A DNA stretch of 64,000 bases from Lama guanicoe. Taxonomy: Eukaryota. Numbering within the stretch: position 1 is the stretch's first letter; every line of letters begins with the position of its first letter. Of this stretch, positions 53,525 through 64,000 are shown one piece after another. Made by a program: the position numbers and the translations under genes. The notes beneath the pieces were generated by a model. That model had not been told where the DNA came from, did not search any database, and saw nothing but the letters and a program-made list of their open reading frames with translations. Location of the stretch: NCBI GenBank assembly GCA_013239625.1, contig MU054391.1:8837095-8901094 (forward strand), written 5' to 3'.

Positions 53525-53833
53525 ATGGCATTGGCTTAAAACCAGAGACATAGATCAATGGGTCAGAATGAAGAGCCCAGAAATAAACCCACACACCTAT
53601 TGTCAATTAATCTACAACAAAGGAGGCAAGAATACACAATGGAGAAGACAGTCTCTTCAACAAATGATGCTGGGAAATCTGCACAGCTACATGTAAAACA
53701 AGATTAGAACATTTCCTCATACCACACACTAAACTAAACTCAAAGTGGATTGAAGACCTTAATGACCTTGAAGTCTTGAAACCACACAACTCCGAGATGA
53801 GTACTTGGCAGAGTGCTCTTTGACATAAACCAT
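53525..53833 (+). mobile_element. Inverted 5' segment of the same L1 (ORF2 remnant)
   Basis: Plus strand translates to degenerate ORF2 'WHWLKTRDIDQWVRMKSPEINPHTYCQLIYNKGGKNTQW...DSLFNK...LFDINH', the region immediately upstream of the minus-strand piece. Confidence 0.92.
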
Positions 53834-54014
53834 AAATAGGCATAGTTTAGACCCAGGCACTCTGGAGTTCACAGGCTACCAGGTGGCTCGAGTATCATTC
53901 TTAATCTTTATGGAAAAACCACAGGTAGTTGTTACATTCACAACCATTTAATCTTTCCCAAGGGTTTTCCAGCTGTGCTAGGAGTGAAACAGATGTGCTG
54001 TTGGTTTTTGTTTT

Positions 54015-54820
54015 GTTTTTAAACAAACTTTTTAAATTCGGAATAATTTTAGATTTGCGGAAAAATTGCAAAGTTAGAACAATGAGTTCTCATCTCCTCT
54101 TTACTCAGTTTCCCTTGATGTTAACATGCTTTGTAACCATGGTTACCTATTACCAAAACTAATAAATGAACATTGGTGAGTTTCTATGAACTAAAATACA
54201 GATGTTCTTCAGATTTTACCAAATTTCATTTTGACTTCAAAATACTGTTCTAAATTATCAAGATATCCAATTTATTGTCTTGGCTTATTTTCATTAACTA
54301 AAGTTCCGATTTCATTAGTTTTTACTTAATGGTTTTTGTTTTTTTTTTTCTTTTTCCAGAATCCCATCTAGGAAATCACATTACATTTAGTCATCATGTC
54401 TCCTTAGGCTCCTTTTAGCTACGCGTTTCTCAGGCTTTCCTTGTTTTTGGTGACCTTGGCGATTCCAGGAGTGTGGTCAGGTATTTGGTAGAATGTCCCT
54501 CAGTTTTTTTTTTTCATGATAAGACTGGGGCTATGAGTCATTGTTGTTTTGAGAAGAAAATTCCAGTGGTCAATTGTCATTCTTACCACATCATATGGAA
54601 GGTACCGACCATCTACATGACTTTTCACTGCTGATACTGAGCTTGATCAAGTTGAGGCAGCATTTCTCAGGTTTCTCCACTCTCAAGTCATTTCTTCCCT
54701 TTCTAAACTGTATTCGTTGGACAGACGTCACTATGCACCACCCACACTCAGTAGGGAGCTATGTTCCACCTCCTTAAGGGTGGAATATCTGCCTATTTAA
54801 TTAGGAATTCTTCTGCAATA
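54015..54820 (-). mobile_element. Old L1 (L1MC/MD-like) 3' end
   Basis: 'ggaataattttagatttgcggaaaaattgcaaag...cacattacatttagtcatcatgtctccttagg...tggtcaggtatttggtagaatgtccctcag'. Confidence 0.8.
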
Positions 54821-55240
54821 TGCCAGGTTTTTAAAAAATGAGATGGAAATTCATAATTTGTTAAATGAGCTTTTGTTTTCTGCAGAAGATTAAATAAGCA
54901 CTTGGAAAGAAATCACCTGAGGTCACAGTGTTTGGGGAGGAGGCTGAAAAGCGTGGTGAAAATAAAGCCGTGTCTATTCCCTTCCGTACGCAGGGCGTCA
55001 CATTACACGCAGCTCGGGAGAGACAGCAACGCGTACAATGGGGTGTCTGTCCTCAGGGAGATCACAGCCCATCACATCTGGCTGAGAAGCAGTGTTCTCC
55101 GTGGGATTCATGCCATATCCTGCTAGCAATTGGTCAGTCTCAAAAGAATAGTTTATGTTCGAAGAACTCAGATTAGGAAGAAATCAGTGTAGCCTGGTTC
55201 TGTCAGAGAAGACTTCCTGAAGGAAAGATATTCGAGATAA

Positions 55241-55242
<2 letters not shown>

Positions 55243-55280
<38 letters not shown>
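55243..55280. repeat. (TG)n microsatellite
   Basis: Directly visible. Confidence 0.95.
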
Positions 55281-55282
<2 letters not shown>

Positions 55283-56789
55283 CAATTCACCCAGTGTTTC
55301 CCTAACAATGGGTATGAGGCCGGACTACAAGCTAAGTCTTTGAGGAAAAGAGCTGTTTCCTCTGTTGCTTCCTCTTTACTTTGTAAACTGTGCCTTTTTA
55401 GTTTTAGTTTTAGTCTGAAACAAGAGTGATCTGGAGGCCAGGCACTAAAAATCCCTTCCTTGGCTACATATACAATAAATAACAACAGATTTGTCTATAA
55501 ATGAAGGATAATAATATTTAAATTGTATTTCTTGGATTTATTTGAAATTTCTTGAAACAGAAAATTATTGGTTAAAAATGAAAAACGAATCTACCATCAG
55601 TACCTCCAAGGACTATGTTTTGCCAACTTCTAATAACCATAAATAAACTATTTATGGCCTTGATAATTTCCACGTATTTTATCTCATTTAATCATCACAA
55701 GAATTCTGTAAGTTAGATGTTACTCTTCCCTTATTAAATAATTTTTTATTCTAGCCATCTGTCTTTCAGCAAAAAATAGAAGCAGGTTTTGAAGGCAGGT
55801 CTGCTTTATTCTCCAGCCTGTGCTGTCTCTCCAGTCTTCCACAAGGCTTCTCAACCAGTTTCCATTGGAGCATCCTCAGAATTACCGATGAGAACTGTTT
55901 AAACTTTCAAGCCTTCTGAAACAGAAGTGAAAATGCAATCACCCTTAGTTTCTGAGTGAAGAAAGTGAAGTTGTAAATTTTAAGGAGTTTATGGTTATTG
56001 AGTACTGATAACCTCACTAACTAATTCACATTATATTTTTAAAATATTCATAATAATTATAGTCATAGTAATATATTGTTAACTCATATATTAACATAAG
56101 ATAACGTCATCATACTTCGGAGATCGCAAGTTGCCATTATATACATTATCCATTTGATCTTCATTTTGAGAAGCTGTCAATGTGGGCACTTATACTTCAC
56201 ATTTGACAGATGAATAAACAAATTCAGAAGGTAAAGTAATTTAGAGTCACATATCCAGTTATTATGGCCGAGCTAAGATGGAAGCACCATGCTTGCTAAG
56301 CCACTGAAATGACTAATGCATGAAAATCTCGAATGTAAAACACATAACTTCTTTAAGACATAAACAGGTCAAAGACTCACAAAGGCGAGGATTATCCTGT
56401 TACCTGTTTATTCCCAGCACACAATGCAATGTCAAGCGGGTGCCTAATCTTTGTTAATGACTAATAAGTGACTGGGTAGTAAACAATGGAAAAATGAATA
56501 AAGGCATTCTCCGCTCTTTCGTTTAATTAGATACAAAATGATTCTATGACATCCAGTAGGAGGGTAGGCTAAAAGTCAGCAATCCAAAGTCTGTTCATAA
56601 TTAGTAGCTCTTAGCTGGTAGCAAATCCAGTATTTAAAACATACACAGCATGCATGCACATGCATGCAAACACACACCCACATAATCAGGTTACTTTATA
56701 CCAACTTCTACAGTGATCAAATTCTCCAGCACATAAAGGCTCACTGGACGTTCCTGATAACTTACCTTCCTATTCATCCTGTCACTCTG

Positions 56790-57420
56790 AAAACAGCAGA
56801 GGAACTGGAAGCCCAGAGATCGGGGTAATAACAAAATGCTCCTATTTAACAGTTGTGTGACTTTGAAAATATCAGTTATACTCTCTGAACATTACTTTTC
56901 TCGCCTGTAAAATGGTGCTTAGTTTCTATTTTGAAGGATTATCGTAAAGAATCAAGACAACCAGACAGAGAAAGACAAATACCATATAATATCACTTTTA
57001 TGTGGATTCTAAAAATAAATGATGCAAATTCTATGTACAAACCAAAGACAGACTCATGGACATAGAAAATAAACTATGGTTACCAAAGGGGAAAGGGTGG
57101 GAAAGGATAAATTAGGGGTGGGGGATTGACAGACACACATTACTATATATAAAACAGAGAAAAAAGAAGGACCTACTGAATAGCACGGGGACCTATATTC
57201 AATTTCTCGTAATAACATATAATGGAAAAGAATCAGAAAAGAAAATATAGATGTATGTATATGTATAAATGAATCACTTTGTTGTACACCTGAAACTAAC
57301 ACTGTAAATCAACTACACTTCAATAAAAAAAATTTTTTAAAGAATCAAGACAATATTTTTAAAGAAACTAACACAGTTATACCTATATTAGGAGCTCAGG
57401 AAATGTGGGTTCTTAACTGC
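56790..57420 (+). mobile_element. MIR SINE split by an L1 insertion
   Basis: 'agttgtgtgactttg...ctctctgaac...cctgtaaaatgg' lies left of the L1 and 'aacacagttatacc...gagctcaggaaatgt' lies right of it. Confidence 0.65.
56961..57337 (+). mobile_element. 5'-truncated young L1 3' end
   Basis: Typical 3' UTR ending 'ctgtaaatcaactacacttcaataaaaaaaa'; perfect TSD TAAAGAATCAAGACAA (56945-56960 / 57338-57353). Confidence 0.93.
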
Positions 57421-58366
57421 TACAGTTCTTAGAATAGGCTTTTTCAGGAAAAAGAATAGCCAGTCTTTCCTCCCAGAAGCATTTGGAAACAGAATCACCC
57501 TTGGCCCACACTAAGGCGAGCCAACATCCTGCTGCTGAGAGCCAGAGCCGGGAACCACTTGGAAGCATGTGTGCAGCAGCAGAATCGATGCCTACTTTGT
57601 GTTGTGACATCACGCACCAAATAGTGAAGCCACCCGGTCCTGCTAACTGAGACCATTTGCAGCCGCCATCAGCATCCATTTGAGCACATTTCTCAGGCAG
57701 AATATGAACAGACGGTGATATTTCTCAATTACAATCCCATGGCTAGGAAACTTGGCATATGCCAGCATCATTTTCACCCTGAAGAAAAGTGACTTTTAAG
57801 GAAATGAAATACCAGTTGTATGAATTCCAACCAGGAGATAAAAGAGAGCGAGAAAGGAGAGAGAGTGGGTGCATGGCTTGGAGAATCACGGTAGCCCCCG
57901 CCTCAGAGCACAGGTGGCGCCTGTTAAAGACTCGCTATCTGGGTCCTGGTGAGTCAGAACACAGGAGCGGCAAGAGGGCGAAGTTAAAACGCTGGGAGAG
58001 GAAAGGAAAGCTTCAGTGCTTAATACATATCCTTCCTTTCCAAGGAGGCGGCTTAATGTATAAAACCATTGCAGATGGAAAATTGGAATAAATCTGCCTT
58101 CCAGGCTAGGATTAACAGAGACCGTGATTCAAAAAAATAATCATTATAAATAACATTCTGAAAGGTAGGGAGGAGGAAAAAAGGAGGACAAAATTATATC
58201 CTTAATAAGTGACAAGAATCAAGCTAAGTGTCTTACAAATAGGAGCCCGTTTAATCTTCATCCCATAAGTATTTTGTCATCAATATCTGTTTTTCTTAAC
58301 TTACAGAGGAGCTCTTAACTCCACCAAGGTCACACTGCTTAACTCCAGGTTTCTCGTATTTCAATT

Positions 58367-58554
58367 GCTGTGGTTCTCAAACTTGAACATGCATCCAAAT
58401 CACCTGGATCAGAAACACAGCTTGCCGGGCCCCGTCCCCAGGGTTTCTGGTTCAGCAGGTCTGGAGTGGGGCGCTGAGAGTTTAGGTTTCTCACCCTTTC
58501 CGAGGGGATGCTGTGACTGCTGCTGGTTCGGGAACCACACTTTGAGAACCACTA
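58367..58554. mobile_element. MER5A hAT MITE
   Basis: Terminal inverted ends 'gtggttctcaaa' ... 'tttgagaaccac' with typical MER5A internal sequence. Confidence 0.85.
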
Positions 58555-59517
58555 TGAGATGCTGTAAAAGACTAAGGTTCACTGCTTAGTCATGGGCGCT
58601 TGTTCTACCCCAGATCCAGCTAGTCAGCAGAGGAACAGACTGGAATCAGGGCTGATTCATCTCAGGAAAAAAATGCTGGCGGGTGTTGGCAAGTCTTATG
58701 CATACACTGTGAAGTATCTTAAACAGCTTGCACTAAAATGTATGTGCCTCTCTTTATGGCTCAGAAGAGACTGAGAAGACAAAGAAGGAGGCATTCAAAG
58801 AGCTGATACAAATGGGAAATCAGAGGCAGAGAAATTAGAGGTGAGGAGCGGGGCCTGGGGAGGAGGCAGCCGAGGGCCCGGGCATGCGCACACGGCGGTG
58901 GGGGGGTGGAGGAAGTCAAGGAGGCGGGGGTTACGACATAGTCAGGGAGCCAGGGAAGGTCCAGGGAGCTTCCAGGAGTAACTCAGGACAACCAGGATTC
59001 TGGAATCAGACTCAAAAGCAGTTGCAAGAATCAGGTAGGTCTCCTGATGGGTCAAGTGGCAATAGTTCTATTCTGGAGCTGAACTGGCAGGGCGTGGCAG
59101 AGACTGTTGGTATTTACCTAACAGCGAGTCCGCCCCTTTGCCCGGCTACCAGGTCCCCGACTCTGTTCTGGTGGGAGGGTGCCCGGCCTCCAGGCATCAG
59201 TCACGGTTTGTCCAAGTCAGCGATTGTTGAAGCGGTAAAAATGTAGCTGAGTTCAAGCCGGAGAGACATAAAGAGTCCGCTAGGTGACTTCCAGAAGTCA
59301 TTGTCCTTTGTGATAACAGAGAGACACGTGAGGACAAGATGCTGTTCCTGCTTTAGGCTCTGATGTGTGAGACTCCAACGCTTAGATTTACAGCCTGCGT
59401 CGTGTAGACCAGAGGGGGGACCTCCGACCTGCCCCGGACGGCAGTTCCACGGGGGAAAGACAGTGAGGTTCTTGAACTGCCTCCGTCCAGTTTCATGTTA
59501 ATTGGTATCATTAATTG

Positions 59518-59520
<3 letters not shown>

Positions 59521-59553
<33 letters not shown>
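59521..59553. repeat. (TG)n microsatellite
   Basis: Directly visible. Confidence 0.95.
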
Positions 59554-59554
<1 letters not shown>

Positions 59555-59887
59555 TTCATGTCTAAGAAACCAGGTTATAAGACTGGGAAATAAGATGTGA
59601 TTTTTAATAGGACTGAGCAAAACTACAGCCAACTCTCCCCATAACTACAGTCAGACAGTTTTTCTCACAGAACATTCGAGCACACAGTAAGCTTTCTGAA
59701 TTGCTAATCTTACCATCCATGCCCCCTCTTTAAGCCCCCTAATGAAGCTGCTTTATACGTAGAGTTCTTTACAGTCTGGCCTATGTCTCCAGTCTGTTTC
59801 CCTACCCTTGGCTGCCCCATCCTTTACGTTTTAGTCAGTCCAAATAGCTTGGTTTTGGAGGAGGTTACAAGCCTTCCATGAGTGTAC

Positions 59888-60185
59888 AGTAGTGGTTCCC
59901 AGAGTCTACAAGACGTGACATTGCAAAAAGATTGAATGCAGAAGCCAGTGTAAGAATCCAGCTGTCTCCTATGAAGCCAGGCATTAAAGCAATTTGCCCA
60001 AATGCAAAATAATGGTGGCATTTCCACTACACTTTTGTTTTGTAAAACACTGATTTCCATTACAGCAATATTGTAAAATGGCAAATCGTGTCCATGTTAG
60101 TGGCTGTAGTCTTGGCTTTACTTGTATATCCTCGGAAGGGAACCAAGGACTTCGGGAACCCCAAACCTTACTCTAAGGACTGCTG
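59888..60185. mobile_element. Charlie1-like hAT DNA transposon derivative
   Basis: 'agtggttccca' start, 'gattgaatgcagaagc...agaatccagctgtctcctatgaagccaggcattaaag' (Charlie1-like) and a degenerate terminal 'actctaaggactgctg'. Confidence 0.65.
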
Positions 60186-61319
60186 GATCCATCTGAGAGA
60201 GACTGAGTGACTTGATGGAGATCAAACAACTAATCAATTTCTAACCCAGGGTTTGAGCCTGAGCCGTTTAACATAAACCAGCACAGAGCTGTGAGGTAGA
60301 GAGACGGTGAATTCAGTGGGTTACACGCCTTGTATTACTGTGTTCACTAAAGTGCATGCATCTATTTGAGATGATGATGACATAATTGCTAACCAATAAC
60401 TAGCACAGTTCAAATCACATCGCTTTGCTGTTTTAACAGTTCATCAGCTTAAGATAGTAACATGGCATGAGGATCACCTGGGGTCAGTCAGCTGCGGGTT
60501 GACTGTATCTCACAGGCACAATGAGGCGGAGGTCAAGACTGCTGTTTCCTATGAAGCTGAGGACTTTGATGGGCCCATTGGTCTATTTCTAGAAAATCAG
60601 AGCTTATAATGAGATTGAGAATGAGGTTCCTAAAAGAAAAATGTGATTGAAGTCCCACATGCATCAATTATGCAGATATTTTAATTGCATTTGTTTCAAA
60701 CTCAAGAAGATCCCAAAGCAATAAGAATTTAAATCTGAGAAAAAAATTTCCAAAAGACCCCCCACGGTATTATGCTGACATGTGTGCAATGCCTCTGATG
60801 AAGCAGGAAACCCCACCTTCATTCTAAGTTTGAAAGCTGGTCTGGGAAATAGAAACAGACTAGGACAGACGTGGGGGGACAGAGAGCTTAGACAAGGACA
60901 TTTGGTCTATGCTCACATTTAATTAGACTTAGATATGACCGTAAGTCAAAATATAAACTTATTTAATTAAATGGGCTAATAGAATTTCTATCCATTATTT
61001 TAATAAATATTTGAGTGACAAATACAAGTCAGGAATAGGGACATTCCCTGTGGATTTTAGGATAAGAAAGACACAATCCCGCTAGGCAAGAATGACAGTT
61101 ATAGTATGGTGACATAACAGTTATGATGGAATTAAATACACGTAAGTAGCCATTTGCTCTGGCTGGGAGCGGGGAGAAACCTAAGACATAATGATTTGCT
61201 TTTGGAAAGAGGGAAGCCTCCATTAATCCCTGGAAGGTAAATAAGAGTTACCTAGATGAAGATATGGACACTTATATAAACAACCTGTATATGTACAGAC
61301 AAGTACTAAATGTTCAAAT

Positions 61320-61510
61320 GAATGTGATCTCATTAAAATTTAATAACATCAAAAGTTTGCTATGATTTCCCCCATTTTATAGATGGCAAAAAAAAAATGT
61401 GGTTTATAGATTTTACCAGCATTGCCCAAGGTCACACACTTAGCAAATGGTGTCATTGGTATCTGAATATAATCTATTTGAGTTCAAGGCACTTTTCACT
61501 GTGGCACAGC
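61320..61510 (-). mobile_element. MIR SINE
   Basis: 'cccattttatagatgg...ttgcccaaggtcacacacttagcaaatgg'. Confidence 0.7.
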
Positions 61511-62907
61511 AGGATGACACGCACACACGCAGAGATATGAAGATGCACGGTATATTCATTGCAATGAAGTGAGCACGTGTCCAGAAACAGCTGTGCATGG
61601 AGAAGCAGTGGAAGACATAACTAAAGAGGTTTGTAGGACCCGATCCCAGAAGTGATGGGAACTTTTTCCTGTAGGAATGGGGAGCTCATATTCCCGTTGA
61701 TTCATCCATTCATAGTCCATTTTCGAAAGGACTTTTAAGCAATGCATTTTTAGAATACCTCTTTCAAAAGGAAGAGGGGATAGTTATCTGCTATTCCGTG
61801 TTTATTTGAAACTAGCATTGAGTGCTAAAAATAAGTTCAGAGATTTCAAAAGTAACACCTCAGGGTTGCAGACGCAGTAAAAGATTATTCTGAAGCTCTG
61901 TTCAAGTCTCAAGAACATCGAAGAGAAAACTGTTCTTATGACCCAAGGCTCTGGTTTATAAACCCACACATATTTCCGTTGGTCAGGACAATGGTTGAAA
62001 TGGAGATATAAAAATTAACTTGAAAGAGACTCTACTCTCAGCTCTTTGTCAGAGCTTTCCTTTTAAGATGAGCTCTGTAGGGCGGGGCTTATGCTAATTT
62101 GGGGGTAGAGTTAAGATCAGTTGTTCCAAAGGCATGCCCACTGCAGAAGATGCTGACCATAAACCAAAGCCCTCCATGTTGCCATGCTTAGGCTTCCAAC
62201 ACTGGCCCATACCTGCTGTGACCTCTGTAGGAGAGCATAGCCACAATGGCCAAGGGAGCTAAGAATTCAAGAAACTAGTGTGCTATTCATAGGAAGAATA
62301 AACTGAAGAAGGTTAATAACAAGAAATGGGGTCTATCCAAGCTGTGCGTTATGGGTACAAGATTGTAAACAAAGAGGAAACAAAGATCAAGGAAGCCAAT
62401 ATTTGGGGTTGTTAAAAATGGAAGCACAGAGCAGTGTGAAAGAAGCCAATATTGAACAAGAAGAAATAGATAAAATATGTGGAAAATACCAAGGTACTTA
62501 TCTGAGATATAATCCCAATGTACTTGTATGAGATATCCTGAATCAGGCTGATTTCTAGCACTTCGTACTTTTCTATCCTTTGAGCAGATTCTGAGCGGCA
62601 AAGGCAAAGCCACATTTCACCCTGGACTTAAAGAAGACTAGTCCCACATGCTGAGAAGTAATTTGGCTGCAGTCAGCTTTATATAGAAAGCAGATCAGAC
62701 CACAGAAATGTTCACAGCCCCAGAACTGGGTTGCATTCTCACTCTTTAACCTCATATGAATTATTATACATGCATTTATACATGTAATTATACAATGGGT
62801 GGTTTGAATATTTAAATGTTTGTTTTTATATTTATTTATTTTATATATGTATATTTATTTATATTAAATATTTATTTTTAACACATCTGCCCATGGAATT
62901 CTGTCTT

Positions 62908-63078
62908 AGGATCAGCTTTGAAATTTGTGATATCCAGTACAAATAAAAATACAGAGGTCCTTGTTAGAAATTGTTAGGTACTTCAAGACAGCAGAGCATT
63001 AACTCAGAAGTGCAGGCCTTCTAAGCATGGAGCCCTGTGTGACTGGACAGGTCCTGCACCCGTGACTACTGATCCTAC
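62908..63078 (-). mobile_element. MER45A-like hAT-Tip100 MITE
   Basis: 'ttcaagacagcagagcattaac...ggccttctaagcatggagccctgtgtgactggacaggtcctgcacccgtga' is the reverse complement of the recalled MER45A consensus. Confidence 0.75.
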
Positions 63079-63084
63079 TTCAAG

Positions 63085-63350
63085 GCTCAATTCAAATTCC
63101 TCTTCTTCCAGGAACTCTCCCTGGCACCTTAGTTGAAATAACCCTCTCCCTCCTCTGGTGCCCATAAAACATAATCCGTTCTGTTCTGGGTTATGAATAT
63201 TCATGGGTACAAGTGCCACCCCTACTGTAGTAAGAGCTCTTTGAGGTTGAAGCTCTCATCTGAGAGCCCTGAGCATCCATGTGGCACTTACCGTCGTGGC
63301 TTACACATAACATGGGCTGAAAACTGTTCATCAGAACCTGGTATCATTTG
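63085..63350 (+). mobile_element. LINE-2 3' fragment
   Basis: 'ttcaaggctcaattcaaattcctcttcttccaggaactctccctg...gtaagagctctttgagg'. Confidence 0.6.
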
Positions 63351-64000
63351 CTGAATGTGAGCAAACGTTTGGAGTCAAAAGCCGAACATTTAAACTCCCC
63401 CTCCCATTTGTGGATATTCCATTTTAAATAATTGATTTAAGTTTGATCCGTTGCAAAATTTTCTGCAACTTGATAGGGCTGTCACTTAATGTATTTATCA
63501 GGAAAGGCAAGAAGATTAAGTGCACGAAATTATTTTATAAAATGAAAAATGATTTCCAAATGCCCATGATGCCTGTCAGTTATTTTCAAAGGAATTTTCA
63601 GTCATAAAATTCTCCAGCTTTTTCCTGCATGAGATACTTATTTGAAAAAAGAATAATTTCAGTTATATTAGCAAAGAGATTTCCTCTATGACATGTAACT
63701 GCATTATTGAGTTCTTAACTGTAGATAACAAAATTCACTCTATCTATTTCAAATAAAAATAATAAAGAGTATTAATCATTAAATTTCCAGGAGGGCCCAG
63801 GAACTAGGCTTGTACACTACATAATCAGAATAATGCAGGCAGAAACAGTACATTCAGAGAAATGTCAGTCACACCACTGGACTGTTTAGCAGAACACATC
63901 ATTTTTGCCATAACCTCTTGTGGTACCGATGATGCTTCTTGGTACCGCAGAGACTTCTGATCTGGAAGAATGTAAGTCTCTGTCGTCATGCTTTCAGAAG

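Noticed and set aside
62290..62540. Purine-rich stretch with repeated GAAGCCAATATT, a possible processed pseudogene
   Set aside because: Frames are interrupted by stops, the peptides are unrecognised, and there is no poly(A) or TSD.
1..64000. ORF-track ORFs (60-142 aa) as host genes
   Set aside because: All are short and overlap on both strands, many lie inside repeats, and none resembles a protein I recognise apart from L1 ORF2 remnants.
1..64000. CRISPR arrays, operons or other prokaryotic systems
   Set aside because: The sequence is clearly mammalian and shows no regularly spaced repeats or gene-dense coding structure.

Overview
Mammalian genomic DNA, very probably camelid (Camelus/Vicugna/Lama), judged from a tRNA-Ala-derived Vic-1-type SINE with target-site duplication (TSD) at 45518-45649. 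I recognise no host protein-coding gene or RNA gene, so the window reads as intronic or intergenic. The ORF track is chance ORFs plus fragments of LINE-1 ORF2. The window is rich in interspersed repeats: young L1 3' ends, old L1MB/MC/ME, L2, MIR, MaLR (MLT1) LTRs, ERV1-type solo LTRs and hAT MITEs (MER5, MER58, MER45, Charlie1). Repeat-poor stretches between them look like conserved non-coding elements. The most unusual structures are (i) three nested solo LTRs, each with its own 4-bp TSD, at 48462-50264, and (ii) a 5'-inverted L1 at 52355-53833 that lacks a poly(A) tail and is flanked by a perfect 16-bp inverted rather than direct repeat. A few exon or microexon candidates with strong splice sites are listed as speculative. 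I found no convincing new biological system. Repeat family names come from recalled consensus similarity, not a database search, and the boundaries of old repeats are approximate.
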